IMG/VR virus record: IMGVR_UViG_3300021440_000016 | DNA: 64,000 nt | Origin: a virus | Taxonomy: Duplodnaviria > Heunggongvirae > Uroviricota > Caudoviricetes | Strand: one strand, 5' to 3' | Shown here: piece by piece, positions 54,028-63,488 of the stretch | Numbering within the stretch: position 1 is the first letter of the stretch | Layout of the letters: every line of letters begins with the position of its first letter | Made by a program: the position numbers and the translations under genes | Notes under the pieces: generated by a model | The model's database searches: none | What the model saw: only the letters and a program-made list of their open reading frames with translations | What the model was told of the DNA's origin: nothing

Positions 54028-55995
54028 TTAAACAGTTAGCGTAGAAGCCCTGAATTTAATTGTGGCAGAAGATCCAGTAGACGAAGAAACATACTGAATT
54101 TGTCCTAAACTCGTGATACTAAAGGAGATTCCGCAAGTATCCCCAACGAAATCTTCAGAAAGCTCCCAGTTAGAAGCCTTCTGAATGCCCATTAACCTGT
54201 AAACAGCAAAAGTACTACCCCTGACAATACTGACTTGAGCCTCAAAAGAACGAACAGTGGCGTTAGCAAACGAAAATCCGGTAATATTGGCTGCAGATAC
54301 TTGGTTGTCGGCCGCAGTAAAGCTAGTCTCAGCAATATCTCCAGTAGATTTTACTGATTTTGAGTCTAATTGTGCCTGAATTCCAGAAGTTACGCCTGAA
54401 ACGTAGCCTAATTCTGTGGCGGTTACGGTAGATTCAACAATAGCTCCGCCGGTAGATACCATTACCTTACCATTGGTAAGTGCCGCAGAGCTATTAGTTC
54501 CGCCATTGGCAATAGCCACTACACCGGAAACGTTATTGGCTATCCCGTTTAGAGTTGCTGTAATCGTGCCAGCTGAGAAATTACCACTTGCATCACGCTT
54601 AACGATCGTACCAGAGGTATTCGAAGTCGTCGCAGCATTAGCCGCTAACTCTGCAGAGTGGATATTAGAGGCGCTTGAGCCACCTACGCTATTAACAGTA
54701 GAAGAAACAGCTCCCGGTCCAGAAGCCATTACATCGCCGGTTAGGCCGGTGATATAATTACCTGTGGGCTGCTTGGTGGCGAGCCCTAGGTCCACGTATT
54801 TTTTAGTGGTCACTTCTTCATCAAGGAAAGGGGTTGTAGGGTTTCCACCACGGGTAATCTTTATTTGGCCGTCAGTAAGCTCGATTAATGAGGGAGTGGC
54901 GCCATTGCTTACGCTGACATAACCGGGGGATACCTGAGCACTATCTCCGCTATTGGTGTCAGAAATAGAGATGTTTGAGCCCGGATCGATGGTGATTGTC
55001 TGAGTTCCATCACCAACATCAAGGTTAATCTCCGAACCAGTCACGAACATACCAGCAGTGGAGGTGATAAGACTGGTAAAAGTCTTTTCTCCGCCTAGAG
55101 TTTGAGCATCTGCGGTCACTAAACCGGGGTTGGTACCGTCAGCAGGCTGTAAAGTAATTTGTTGATTAGAGAGAGAAAGGCCACTAGCATTAGGGCTACT
55201 TCCTACTGAGGTAATACTAATAGGGTCATGAGAAGATTGATTAAGTGTAATACCCCCAGAACCGGGAGTAACAGTAGCAATTCCTGCGGTATTAGGGGCC
55301 TTAAGTACGAAGCTATTGCGGTCACCTGACGTTTTAACATAACCTGTAGCTGATCCTGCTTCTTCTAATTCAAAACCGGCGCCTGCGGCTGATCCCGCGC
55401 CGCCGCCATCGTTAAGAGTGATTAGAGCATCGGTAACATTAAGATTTGTAACCTGATTATTGTTTACTGAGCCTACAATATTAACAGTAGAACTTGCCGT
55501 GCCGATGTTAATAACAGAAGCATTAGTAGAACCGATAGATAAAGTACCACCCAACGTCGAAACATCTAGGCCTCCATTAGCATAGGTCGCGGCAGTGGCA
55601 GTAATATTCCCGGTAACATTGACGTTGTTAGAGAAGGTTTTGTCACCTGCGAAAGATTGAGCCCCGGTAGACACGGCACCGGGATGAGAGGCGTCGGCGG
55701 GCTGAATAGTTAACGTATTCCGCACGATAGCGCCAGAGGTATCTTTATTTAGAGTGTATCCCTGAGTGTTCGGACTAGAGCCAAAAGCTACAGAGGTCAA
55801 CCCAGTGTCTACCCACTTGCTGGTAGTGCCATCATAAACGTAGACGTGGTCGGTAGAGCGAACTACCACTAGCATTCCATCTGCACCAGAAGGTAGAGAA
55901 GACTCATCGGCTACTGGATTAGCGAAGTTGGGATTCGAGGAGCCAGAACCTACTAAATCGAACTGGCCGGTTAGGGCATTAAAAGAAAAACCCAT
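54028..55995 (-). CDS. tail fibre protein
   Basis: Thr/Ser/Gly/Asn-rich beta-repeat protein. Shares IVKRDASGNFSAGTITA...VAIANGGT module with 56492..59122. Confidence 0.55.
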   Translation of the reverse strand: MGFSFNALTGQFDLVGSGSSNPNFANPVADESSLPSGADGMLVVVRSTDHVYVYDGTTSKWVDTGLTSVAFGSSPNTQGYTLNKDTSGAIVRNTLTIQPADASHPGAVSTGAQSFAGDKTFSNNVNVTGNITATAATYANGGLDVSTLGGTLSIGSTNASVINIGTASSTVNIVGSVNNNQVTNLNVTDALITLNDGGGAGSAAGAGFELEEAGSATGYVKTSGDRNSFVLKAPNTAGIATVTPGSGGITLNQSSHDPISITSVGSSPNASGLSLSNQQITLQPADGTNPGLVTADAQTLGGEKTFTSLITSTAGMFVTGSEINLDVGDGTQTITIDPGSNISISDTNSGDSAQVSPGYVSVSNGATPSLIELTDGQIKITRGGNPTTPFLDEEVTTKKYVDLGLATKQPTGNYITGLTGDVMASGPGAVSSTVNSVGGSSASNIHSAELAANAATTSNTSGTIVKRDASGNFSAGTITATLNGIANNVSGVVAIANGGTNSSAALTNGKVMVSTGGAIVESTVTATELGYVSGVTSGIQAQLDSKSVKSTGDIAETSFTAADNQVSAANITGFSFANATVRSFEAQVSIVRGSTFAVYRLMGIQKASNWELSEDFVGDTCGISFSITSLGQIQYVSSSTGSSATIKFRASTLTV

Positions 55996-56006
55996 AAGTC
56001 ACCTTA

Positions 56007-56276
56007 TTAGGAGATGCGTTCAGCGGAAATCATTGTAGCATACGTATTATCCGTGTAGATAACTTGTATAGCGTATAGTACCGTAGCTCCGTCGAAATAC
56101 GTGAAAGTTAAAGTATCGTTGGGACTTGTAGTCGTAGACGCTGCTTGCGTAATCTTATGTCCAACTTTCCCAGTAAGAAATCCTGAGGTTTGGACAGACT
56201 TATCTACGTCGTTGAAAGCGAATCGAGTAGCTTGGTTTGCATCCCGCTCTGAGATAGGCTTACTGGATTGTGACAT
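56007..56276 (-). CDS. hypothetical small protein
   Basis: ORF between the fibre genes. Confidence 0.3.
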   Translation of the reverse strand: MSQSSKPISERDANQATRFAFNDVDKSVQTSGFLTGKVGHKITQAASTTTSPNDTLTFTYFDGATVLYAIQVIYTDNTYATMISAERIS

Positions 56277-56277
56277 A

Positions 56278-56511
56278 TTACATCCTCGATTTCTTGATTT
56301 TCATCATCTGCTGAATTCTGGGAAGCTTTGGCATAGCTGGAAGTTCCGGAGCAGAATCAGGACTTTGAGGTTCTGGTAGTTTTGGTAACTTGAGATTAGG
56401 AGCGGCCGTCATACCCTGTTTAGCGGCTGCCGCCTTACCTGCAAAAAAAGCTCTACGACTGTTAGCTGATTTAAATGCCATAAAGTATTCCTTAGTTCCC
56501 GATACGATCAA
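56278..56511 (-). CDS. hypothetical small basic protein
   Basis: ORF only. Confidence 0.3.
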   Translation of the reverse strand: MIVSGTKEYFMAFKSANSRRAFFAGKAAAAKQGMTAAPNLKLPKLPEPQSPDSAPELPAMPKLPRIQQMMKIKKSRM

Positions 56512-59122
56512 TGCTGATCCAGTTGCGCGACGGCACGGATCCGGCGTTCGTGATCGTCGCTCCGCTATTGTGGAACATATTAATGGAGATAAAATCTCCG
56601 GCCTGGAGACGCAGAGTTCCGCTGCCGTGGACGTACGAATTCATCCCCGGTGACGCCACTGAGAAATTCTCCAACATCAAAGATTCGCCACCAAATGTAT
56701 TTTTTGCGCCTACGCGGAACTGAATCGTATTTGCAGTCGGGCCTTGCAGCGCAAACATACCCTGAATCAAGTAAATCCCAGAGACCGGAGCAACGAACTT
56801 CCAGTTAGAACCGGTCGTGACGGCGCTGTGCGTGTCCCATTCACGAGCATCAAAGTCTAGAGTGGTTGTAGTGCCGTCTCCGAATGAGTAGCTATTTGAA
56901 GTGCTATATTTAACACTGACGGTTTCGCTTGCGGCAACCTGGCTGGGCCCTGAGACACGTGCGATAGTGAAGAAACTATTGTCGGTCCCCCCACCGTAGG
57001 TACCAGCTCCGTCGGAATACCCGTAAACGCGAACTTGATCGCCAGCGTTGAGGTACTCAGCAGGAGAAGACACCTTCGGGAACGCTTGGTTCTTTGTCCC
57101 GGCGGAGCGCTCGTAACCGGCAATGCGGGAAGAGCCATTCACGTAGACCGCAACGAGGGCAGTATCGTTAGCATTGAAGGATGCGCTGGTAATTGCCAGT
57201 TCAGCTGAAATCGCGTAATAGCCGCTAACCGGAACAGTATATACGCCGCCACTAAAGCCCGCGTGAGTATCGCTAATGACTGATCCCCAGCTGACAGGGT
57301 TCATGCTGCCATTAAGAGTTCCGCTAGGAGTAATGGCTTTAAATGCGACTACCCTGGTTTCGGCATCGCTGGACATCTGGGCGTTCGAAGACCAGCCAGC
57401 AACAGCGATGTCGGTAGTGTAGACAGAGAAGACTTCTCCGGGGGCCAGACTGCTGCTGCCATTAACAGCAAAGAGGTCGCCTACAGATCCGGTCTGAATC
57501 GCCAGGAACAGAGAAGACGGGTCCGCGGCCTGAGTAATAACGGCATGCTGCTCGCTGTTGCCGTAGAGACGCGCGTACGAGCCTACCTTGGTGGTTTGGC
57601 TGAATTTCAAAATATTAATGTTCATCCCAGCCGGAAGGCTGAACGAAGCGGGACCAGCCGCAGGGCTACCAGCAGTCGCCGTACCCTTAATCTGAATGCT
57701 ATCCCCCATTCGGCGGTAGAAGAATGTTACGCCGGTGACGCTGCCAAGATTGCTGAAAGTCGGGGTATACGCGGTCCAGTCGGTAACCGGAGTGCCCTGC
57801 GCGATAACCTGCGGAGAGATGCTGAAGTTATCGAGCTTTAGGCTGTAAGCTGAAGCGGAAGTTGAAGCAACGTGTAGGATTAAACGGTAAGACGTGCTGT
57901 TGGAGTTAGTCTGGAATGTAGCTTTTTGCTGCATAGAACCAGAAACAACATTCTCAATTTGATATCCAGCAGGTTGAATTACCTGTGAATTCGTGATATC
58001 GTAGAGGTATACTGCCATATCGCCAGTGGCGTACGTGCCTGAGTCCACGGCGTAGTCAAAACTTACAGTAAGAACCTTGGCCTTATCCGCTGAGTCTATG
58101 GTAAAGTCATAGCTAACGCCTTCACCTTGACGATCTGCAGCATCTTTAGAGAAGAGGAAGCTCGCAGACCCACGGAGAGGGTCGGACGTAGTCCGAGTAA
58201 AGGTAACAGTGGGAGATCCACCCGTTCCGTTTACAGGTTGAGCCCCAGCCGCATCAGCATAAGTGACATACCCTGACGTGTCAGCTTCGGCGTCAGGATT
58301 AGCGGACATGTAATTAATACCGCCGGAGAAACTTGAAAACGTAGGAGTTCCGCCTAGAACCTTTAGAACTTGTCCAGAGGAGCCAATAGGAAGACGGACA
58401 TTGTTGGTACCGTCATTATAAATCATGTCACCAGCAGTGGTAGTGGGAGAAAGAGCGTCAAAAGCAGTCTGCTTGGTAGTCTGTCCAGTACCTCCGTTTG
58501 CAATAGCGACGGTGCCGGAAACGTTAGTGGCAGTGGTAGCGGTGGTGGCATTACCGGATAAAGCAGCGGTGATGGTACCAGCTGAGAAATTACCACTTGC
58601 ATCACGCTTAACAATAGTGGATACTACATTGGAGCTAGTGGCATCTTGAGTGTCGGCTACAGACTGAGCTACTTCGGTAGAGGTTTTTCCGCCGACGGCG
58701 TCTACGGAAGTAGTTGATTGTGTACCAGAAACGTCACCAGAGAGGGAGCCCGTGAAGTCAGTGGCGGTATCTGCATTACCAGTAACGTCACCAGTGACAT
58801 TCCCGGTTAGGTTAGCGGAGATTGTTCCAGCTGAAAAGTTACCTGAGCTATCCCGAGCTACAATCGCGGAGGGAGTGTTAACCGCTGTGGCCGTAGTTGC
58901 TGAGTTAGGAATATTAGAAAGAGTATTGGTAGAGCCGGAAATTGACTTATTCGTTAGTGTAGCAGCTTTTGCTTCCTGAACGACGCTATCCGCACTCACG
59001 CCATCGTGGATGGAAAGCTTACCAAGGTCGGAACGATACTCCATTTCGCCCTGAGCCGAGATATTCTGTGAGCTATTTGGAACAAGTCCGATGGCTTTAA
59101 GGAATTTTCTGATGTTTAACAT
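56492..59122 (-). CDS. tail fibre protein (876 aa)
   Basis: Internal repeats VARDSSGNFSAGTISANLTGN / IVKRDASGNFSAGTITAALSGN. A 35-nt stretch is identical to the other fibre gene. Confidence 0.55.
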   Translation of the reverse strand: MLNIRKFLKAIGLVPNSSQNISAQGEMEYRSDLGKLSIHDGVSADSVVQEAKAATLTNKSISGSTNTLSNIPNSATTATAVNTPSAIVARDSSGNFSAGTISANLTGNVTGDVTGNADTATDFTGSLSGDVSGTQSTTSVDAVGGKTSTEVAQSVADTQDATSSNVVSTIVKRDASGNFSAGTITAALSGNATTATTATNVSGTVAIANGGTGQTTKQTAFDALSPTTTAGDMIYNDGTNNVRLPIGSSGQVLKVLGGTPTFSSFSGGINYMSANPDAEADTSGYVTYADAAGAQPVNGTGGSPTVTFTRTTSDPLRGSASFLFSKDAADRQGEGVSYDFTIDSADKAKVLTVSFDYAVDSGTYATGDMAVYLYDITNSQVIQPAGYQIENVVSGSMQQKATFQTNSNSTSYRLILHVASTSASAYSLKLDNFSISPQVIAQGTPVTDWTAYTPTFSNLGSVTGVTFFYRRMGDSIQIKGTATAGSPAAGPASFSLPAGMNINILKFSQTTKVGSYARLYGNSEQHAVITQAADPSSLFLAIQTGSVGDLFAVNGSSSLAPGEVFSVYTTDIAVAGWSSNAQMSSDAETRVVAFKAITPSGTLNGSMNPVSWGSVISDTHAGFSGGVYTVPVSGYYAISAELAITSASFNANDTALVAVYVNGSSRIAGYERSAGTKNQAFPKVSSPAEYLNAGDQVRVYGYSDGAGTYGGGTDNSFFTIARVSGPSQVAASETVSVKYSTSNSYSFGDGTTTTLDFDAREWDTHSAVTTGSNWKFVAPVSGIYLIQGMFALQGPTANTIQFRVGAKNTFGGESLMLENFSVASPGMNSYVHGSGTLRLQAGDFISINMFHNSGATITNAGSVPSRNWISIDRIGN

Positions 59123-59138
59123 TAGTAATTTCTCCTAA

Positions 59139-59618
59139 TTACTGAGATAAAGACTGTGCGACGTAAGTAATCTTACCCACGTGATTAAGCCCACTTAGAG
59201 CTGAGGTAGTTAGTAACATTTGACCAGTATCGTCGATTGACAACTCAATAGAGGCGCTGCCGGAGCGCTGCTGGATGATTTCCCATTTCGTTCCAACCGG
59301 ATTCGTAGGATTATAAACTACAATAAGATCCCCAGCTTCGGTCACTGTAGTGCTAGTAGTATTTCTGTATACAGAATAGCGAATAAAGGCCGCACGCACC
59401 GCTGAGGTAGCAAAAGAAAGGTTAGGTATGGCGATATTAGATCCGGGGTTATAGGCGTCTATAGAAAAGGATTGAGGCGCCACGTCAAAAGAACCTACTA
59501 CGGAGGATAGAGCATCCTCTACGGCTTTAGCGAATTGAATAACGGCTTCAGACCAGTTAGGGGAAGCCGCAGAATCTGGAAAATCTATTACTGTGCCAGA
59601 AATGGTAATAAGGGGCAT
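59139..59618 (-). CDS. virion protein (159 aa)
   Basis: First gene after the capsid terminator and late motif; AGAGG RBS. Confidence 0.35.
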   Translation of the reverse strand: MPLITISGTVIDFPDSAASPNWSEAVIQFAKAVEDALSSVVGSFDVAPQSFSIDAYNPGSNIAIPNLSFATSAVRAAFIRYSVYRNTTSTTVTEAGDLIVVYNPTNPVGTKWEIIQQRSGSASIELSIDDTGQMLLTTSALSGLNHVGKITYVAQSLSQ

Positions 59619-59651
59619 AGGTTAACCTCTATAAATAGCAGAATTCGCTAA

Positions 59652-59664
59652 ATATAGTTGTTAA
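59652..59664 (-). promoter_or_regulatory. TTAACAACTATAT late motif copy
   Basis: Exact core. 37 nt upstream of the ATG of 59139..59618, downstream of the capsid-gene terminator. Confidence 0.45.
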
Positions 59665-59696
59665 TCCAGCAGAATTAGCTGGATAATTTAATAAAT

Positions 59697-59737
59697 TCTG
59701 CGTATTATATAAAAAAGAAAGGGACGATGAACTTAAC
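59697..59737 (-). terminator. intrinsic terminator after capsid gene
   Basis: On the - strand: GGGACG-loop-CGTCCC stem followed by TTTCTTTTTTAT. Confidence 0.5.
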
Positions 59738-59775
59738 CACCGTCCCCATCTTAATTACTGAAACAAATCACTATC

Positions 59776-61023
59776 TTAGGCGCTATTGACAACGCTGGTG
59801 ATAATGACGTTACGAGCTGGCGCGGCGCAGAATACAGCCTGATCGCTGTATAGGCGGAGTTCGTAAGCGGCAGAGTTCTCTAGATCGCGGAAGAACTCTT
59901 CGCCCTGACCGGGGCGCTTGAAGGTCATGTCGGTTGAACCAACACGGAACCAACCTTCGATATCGAGGAGGTAGCAATAACCTTCCTTGACATAGATTGA
60001 AGGCTCGATTTCAATTTCGCCGTTCTGTGAGTGGAAAAGGATACCCTTTGAACCCACTTCGGTCTTATCCTTGCTGTAGCTGTCGTCATAACGACGGAGA
60101 GCAGCTTGGTCGTTGAGCATGTTCGCCCAGCCACGAGGATTGACTAGAGCGAGGAGCTTGCCGTCGAGACCCTTTTCAACCGCGCGAGCAGCAGCCTGAT
60201 TGATCTTGCTGAAGCTTAGCGCAGCGGAACCAGCAGAGTACTGGTTACCACGGAAGAGGTTGTACGTGCCAACGTTGATGTTGAAGAGCGTGCCGGAAGA
60301 AATCGTGAGAATCTTGTGGATTCCGGGGAATTCGTTGCCGTAAGCGCCCTTGTGCCAAATAACGTCACCAGCGCTGAGTGAGAGCGTGGAAACGTTGAGG
60401 GTGATGGTGCGAGCATCCATGTCAACAGACTGAACCGTGGCTTCGCCGCGTGACGTAGCGCCGGTTGAGTCGCGGACTTCGATTGGCATGCCTTCAGCGC
60501 CGGCCCAAATGCCGGGCGCCCACTCAGCCGTGGTGATGGTGATGACCGCGCCGCTCTGTGAAGCGACCGTGCCATAGCCCATCTGGCCGTAAAGCATTTC
60601 AATCTCAAGCTTCTTCGCCATAGAGCGAAGCATGTTGGCTACTAGGAACTTAGTAGCGTCCATGAACGCCTTAGAGCCGCCCTGAGCAGCGCGTGAAGCA
60701 GCGACATAGCCGAGGAGTGAGCGGAGGACAACGGGGTTACCCTTGACCTGAGCGTCCTTGATCTGACCGGCGACTGGAGCATTAAGATTGAAGGCATCTT
60801 CGTCGCTTGACGCGAAGGTGACGCCGTGTTCTAGACCGAGGATTACAGGCTGGTGATAGAGGTTACCGGGCTGCTTGTCCTTGGACATGAACTTGATCTT
60901 GTTTAGAAGCTTAACGCCATCAGGGATTAGCTCAGCGAGCTTGTCCGCGTAGGCTTCTTTGAAAAGGCCGTTGAGCGTGCCAACGGTACCTGCTGGATTA
61001 CCAAAAGTATTAGTAGTAGCCAT
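59776..61023 (-). CDS. major capsid protein (putative)
   Basis: 415 aa downstream of scaffold-like and small decoration-like genes. Elevated GC. Own terminator. Strong AAGGAG RBS. Confidence 0.5.
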   Translation of the reverse strand: MATTNTFGNPAGTVGTLNGLFKEAYADKLAELIPDGVKLLNKIKFMSKDKQPGNLYHQPVILGLEHGVTFASSDEDAFNLNAPVAGQIKDAQVKGNPVVLRSLLGYVAASRAAQGGSKAFMDATKFLVANMLRSMAKKLEIEMLYGQMGYGTVASQSGAVITITTAEWAPGIWAGAEGMPIEVRDSTGATSRGEATVQSVDMDARTITLNVSTLSLSAGDVIWHKGAYGNEFPGIHKILTISSGTLFNINVGTYNLFRGNQYSAGSAALSFSKINQAAARAVEKGLDGKLLALVNPRGWANMLNDQAALRRYDDSYSKDKTEVGSKGILFHSQNGEIEIEPSIYVKEGYCYLLDIEGWFRVGSTDMTFKRPGQGEEFFRDLENSAAYELRLYSDQAVFCAAPARNVIITSVVNSA

Positions 61024-61048
61024 TTGAATTTACTCCTTAAGTAATTGA

Positions 61049-61348
61049 TTAGGCTTCGTCGATAACGTATTGAAGCTCAATAGCGTCAGCGGCGGCGAGA
61101 GCGGCAGAGAGGGTTAGGGTTACAGCGGTACCAGAAATTGACTGTGAAGCAGCCGCAACTGGAGCGATAGTCCCAGCTGAGTCGTCCATAAAGAGGGCCA
61201 TGCGGACTTCTTTAATCGTTTCTTTAACGTCGATAGTAGCAGTTGAGCCACTGACGGATACCATGTGTTTATCAGCGAGTTTTACGACAACCTTCTGGAC
61301 CTTGAGTTGATTATCAAGGACGAGGCTATCTTTTGATTGGAATGCCAT
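61049..61348 (-). CDS. small head protein (decoration candidate)
   Basis: 99-aa ORF between the scaffold and capsid genes, preceded by the late motif. Confidence 0.3.
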   Translation of the reverse strand: MAFQSKDSLVLDNQLKVQKVVVKLADKHMVSVSGSTATIDVKETIKEVRMALFMDDSAGTIAPVAAASQSISGTAVTLTLSAALAAADAIELQYVIDEA

Positions 61349-61474
61349 ATTTTATCCTTTGTTTAAGACAAATAAGTTAATAGATAGTTATTGTATGTGT
61401 CGCCCTTGATTATTCGGTGTCCTTACTCGCTTTTAACGGTTATAAGGAGTCAAATAACTACAGACACTTACAGA

Positions 61475-61487
61475 TATAGTTGTTAAT
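61475..61487 (-). promoter_or_regulatory. TTAACAACTATAT late motif copy
   Basis: Exact core about 125 nt upstream of 61049..61348. A degenerate second copy CAATAACTATCT lies at about 61396-61407. Confidence 0.4.
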
Positions 61488-61504
61488 ACTCTTTAATATT
61501 CTTA

Positions 61505-62491
61505 TTAAATATTAAAGAAATCTTTAAACGTTTGTTTTTGCTTAGGTTTTTCGTCTGACTTAGAGCTTGACCCCGTGTCTACAGCCGCTTTCGCAGCCGT
61601 GGGGGGAGTCTTAGCAGCTTTAACCGCAGCGATGTTCTTTTTACGTACGCGAGTAAAGACATCCTTACCAATAATAGCTTCGATGACTTCTTCTGGCATT
61701 ACGCGGAACATATCCTTAAGTTCGGACTGAATTTCATCGCGAATAAGAGGGAGAACGTCTTCAGGAGATACGTCAATACCTTCCTGTAGCCCCATGAGCA
61801 TATAATCAGCCATCTTTTTAACTACATAAGGGCTCTTAGGGAGGTCCGATTTGTCTAGAGCCTGCGTAATAAGCATGTCATACCGCTCGAAGGACTCTTG
61901 CTGGATGCGTTCAAAGTCGCGCTTCTTAGCTTCTTCCTTTTCCCGCTCACGTTCTTCCTTGATAGCCTTAAGTTCAGACTCAAGCTTTTCTTTTTCGATC
62001 TGTTCCGGACTTTTTTGAGAGTTAGCGATCTCTTCCTCAATCAAATCAGCGGCCATTTTCTTAACGTCAATCCCGATAGAAGGGTCGGCGAGAACCTTAC
62101 GGGGGTTTTTGCGTAGCTCGTCGATAAAGCTTTTTACTTCTTTTTCGAGCTGGGAGTATTCTTGAGCGCGTTTCTGCCCCATTTTGGACATCTGAAGATT
62201 GCGCTTCATGAATTCAATAGATTCTTCGTCGTCTGGAATCTCAAACGGAAGACGTTCTTCGACTTCACGACCGTCGATCTTTAATTTTAGGCTTTTTAAC
62301 ATCTTCTTCGCAGCTTTTTGCTCAGAAGGGGTGCCCTTAGCAGCTAATTCCTGTAGATTTTCTACAGATTGACCTTCGGCAGAAGCGTCAAGCGCTGAAT
62401 TTTCTTGATTTGGGAAGGGACTTTCGTTAGAATTAGAAGAAGAAGGGGCTGATTCTTGCGCAACTGGCGCACTAGCATTAATTTCAGACAT
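61505..62491 (-). CDS. scaffolding protein (putative)
   Basis: Highly charged E/K-rich helical protein immediately upstream of the capsid operon. Confidence 0.5.
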   Translation of the reverse strand: MSEINASAPVAQESAPSSSNSNESPFPNQENSALDASAEGQSVENLQELAAKGTPSEQKAAKKMLKSLKLKIDGREVEERLPFEIPDDEESIEFMKRNLQMSKMGQKRAQEYSQLEKEVKSFIDELRKNPRKVLADPSIGIDVKKMAADLIEEEIANSQKSPEQIEKEKLESELKAIKEEREREKEEAKKRDFERIQQESFERYDMLITQALDKSDLPKSPYVVKKMADYMLMGLQEGIDVSPEDVLPLIRDEIQSELKDMFRVMPEEVIEAIIGKDVFTRVRKKNIAAVKAAKTPPTAAKAAVDTGSSSKSDEKPKQKQTFKDFFNI

Positions 62492-62553
62492 ATAATATCC
62501 TTTATTCGCCCTAAAGAGGGTAGATTAAGTTCGCTGGTCCTTATGGATACAGC

Positions 62554-62568
62554 AATTATAGTTGTTAA
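62554..62568 (-). promoter_or_regulatory. GTTAACAACTATAAT late motif copy
   Basis: Exact core about 60 nt upstream of the scaffold ATG with an AAAGGA RBS. Confidence 0.45.
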
Positions 62569-62575
62569 CGAGTGA

Positions 62576-63487
62576 TTATAACTCGTCCTTATCTGTTTTG
62601 TTTTTATTTAATAGAGCTTTTAAACCAGCTAATGTGCTCACGCCGCCTAAACCTGCTGAAATATTAGAACTGTGTGATTTACTTGGATCAAAGTTTGCAA
62701 ATCTCGATCTAATGGCTGTGGGGTCAAATACAATGGTGTGCTTTCCATCCCGGATGCCTGTAAATAAATCTCCTGCAGCGCGAACGGCCTCATCAATCGT
62801 GCCATGATTTTGCTGTAACCGCCCGATGGCTTTATTATAATGCTCCAATAAGCCTTTATCGTTATACCATTCTGGTTTATGCTTTACATCTGGCGCACTA
62901 ATTCCTAAAGCGTTTAATAGATCTATGGTGTCCTCGGTGCTATCTCTGTCGTAGTATCGGCCTTTTGCATAGACCGGCATAACTGTAGGAGTTCCGGTAT
63001 CTCCTGTATTGCTTCTGAGTGCGTATTTAGACGCCTCTTCGGCATCCTCTGTTAAATAAACGCCTTTGCCATGCATTCCTGTTTCTGAGGGATTAAATCT
63101 TTTGATATCTCCAGCGGGCGTACCGTGATATAGCGGTCTAGATAAGTCGTAGCCCTGTTCAGAAATTCGCTCTGCTTCTTGTTTTGGAAATTGAAATTCT
63201 TTTTTTCCAATAGTAAGTTGACCAGTTTCATCACCTAAAAGTCTTCCAAGATGAGGTAGAACTTTAGGTACTAGTTTTTTAGCTGCTATTATGCTTCCGG
63301 CAGTAGCTAATGTTGCTAGGTCATCTGGTTGTACAGTGGAGTTCCTAATAGAATCATCACCCGGAGGGGCAGGGTCATCTCCGATCGTTTCTTGTAAAAA
63401 AGAAGGCGAGCCCTTAGCAGCAGAAGCTAAGCCAACGCTAGCGTTAAGTTCAGATAGTTTTTTAAGAATATCTGAGTAGTCTGCCAT
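62576..63487 (-). CDS. head-module protein with possible ADP-ribosyltransferase-like segment
   Basis: Segment LYHGTPAGDIKRF...GKGVYLTEDAEEA recalls the H-Y-E ART pattern. Position resembles minor head proteins. Confidence 0.3.
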   Translation of the reverse strand: MADYSDILKKLSELNASVGLASAAKGSPSFLQETIGDDPAPPGDDSIRNSTVQPDDLATLATAGSIIAAKKLVPKVLPHLGRLLGDETGQLTIGKKEFQFPKQEAERISEQGYDLSRPLYHGTPAGDIKRFNPSETGMHGKGVYLTEDAEEASKYALRSNTGDTGTPTVMPVYAKGRYYDRDSTEDTIDLLNALGISAPDVKHKPEWYNDKGLLEHYNKAIGRLQQNHGTIDEAVRAAGDLFTGIRDGKHTIVFDPTAIRSRFANFDPSKSHSSNISAGLGGVSTLAGLKALLNKNKTDKDEL

Positions 63488-63488
63488 A

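Noticed and set aside
54028-59122. Diversity-generating retroelement targeting the tail fibres
   Set aside because: No reverse transcriptase ORF (no YADD-type motif) and no adenine-specific template/variable repeat pair detected. Repeats are ordinary paralogous modules.
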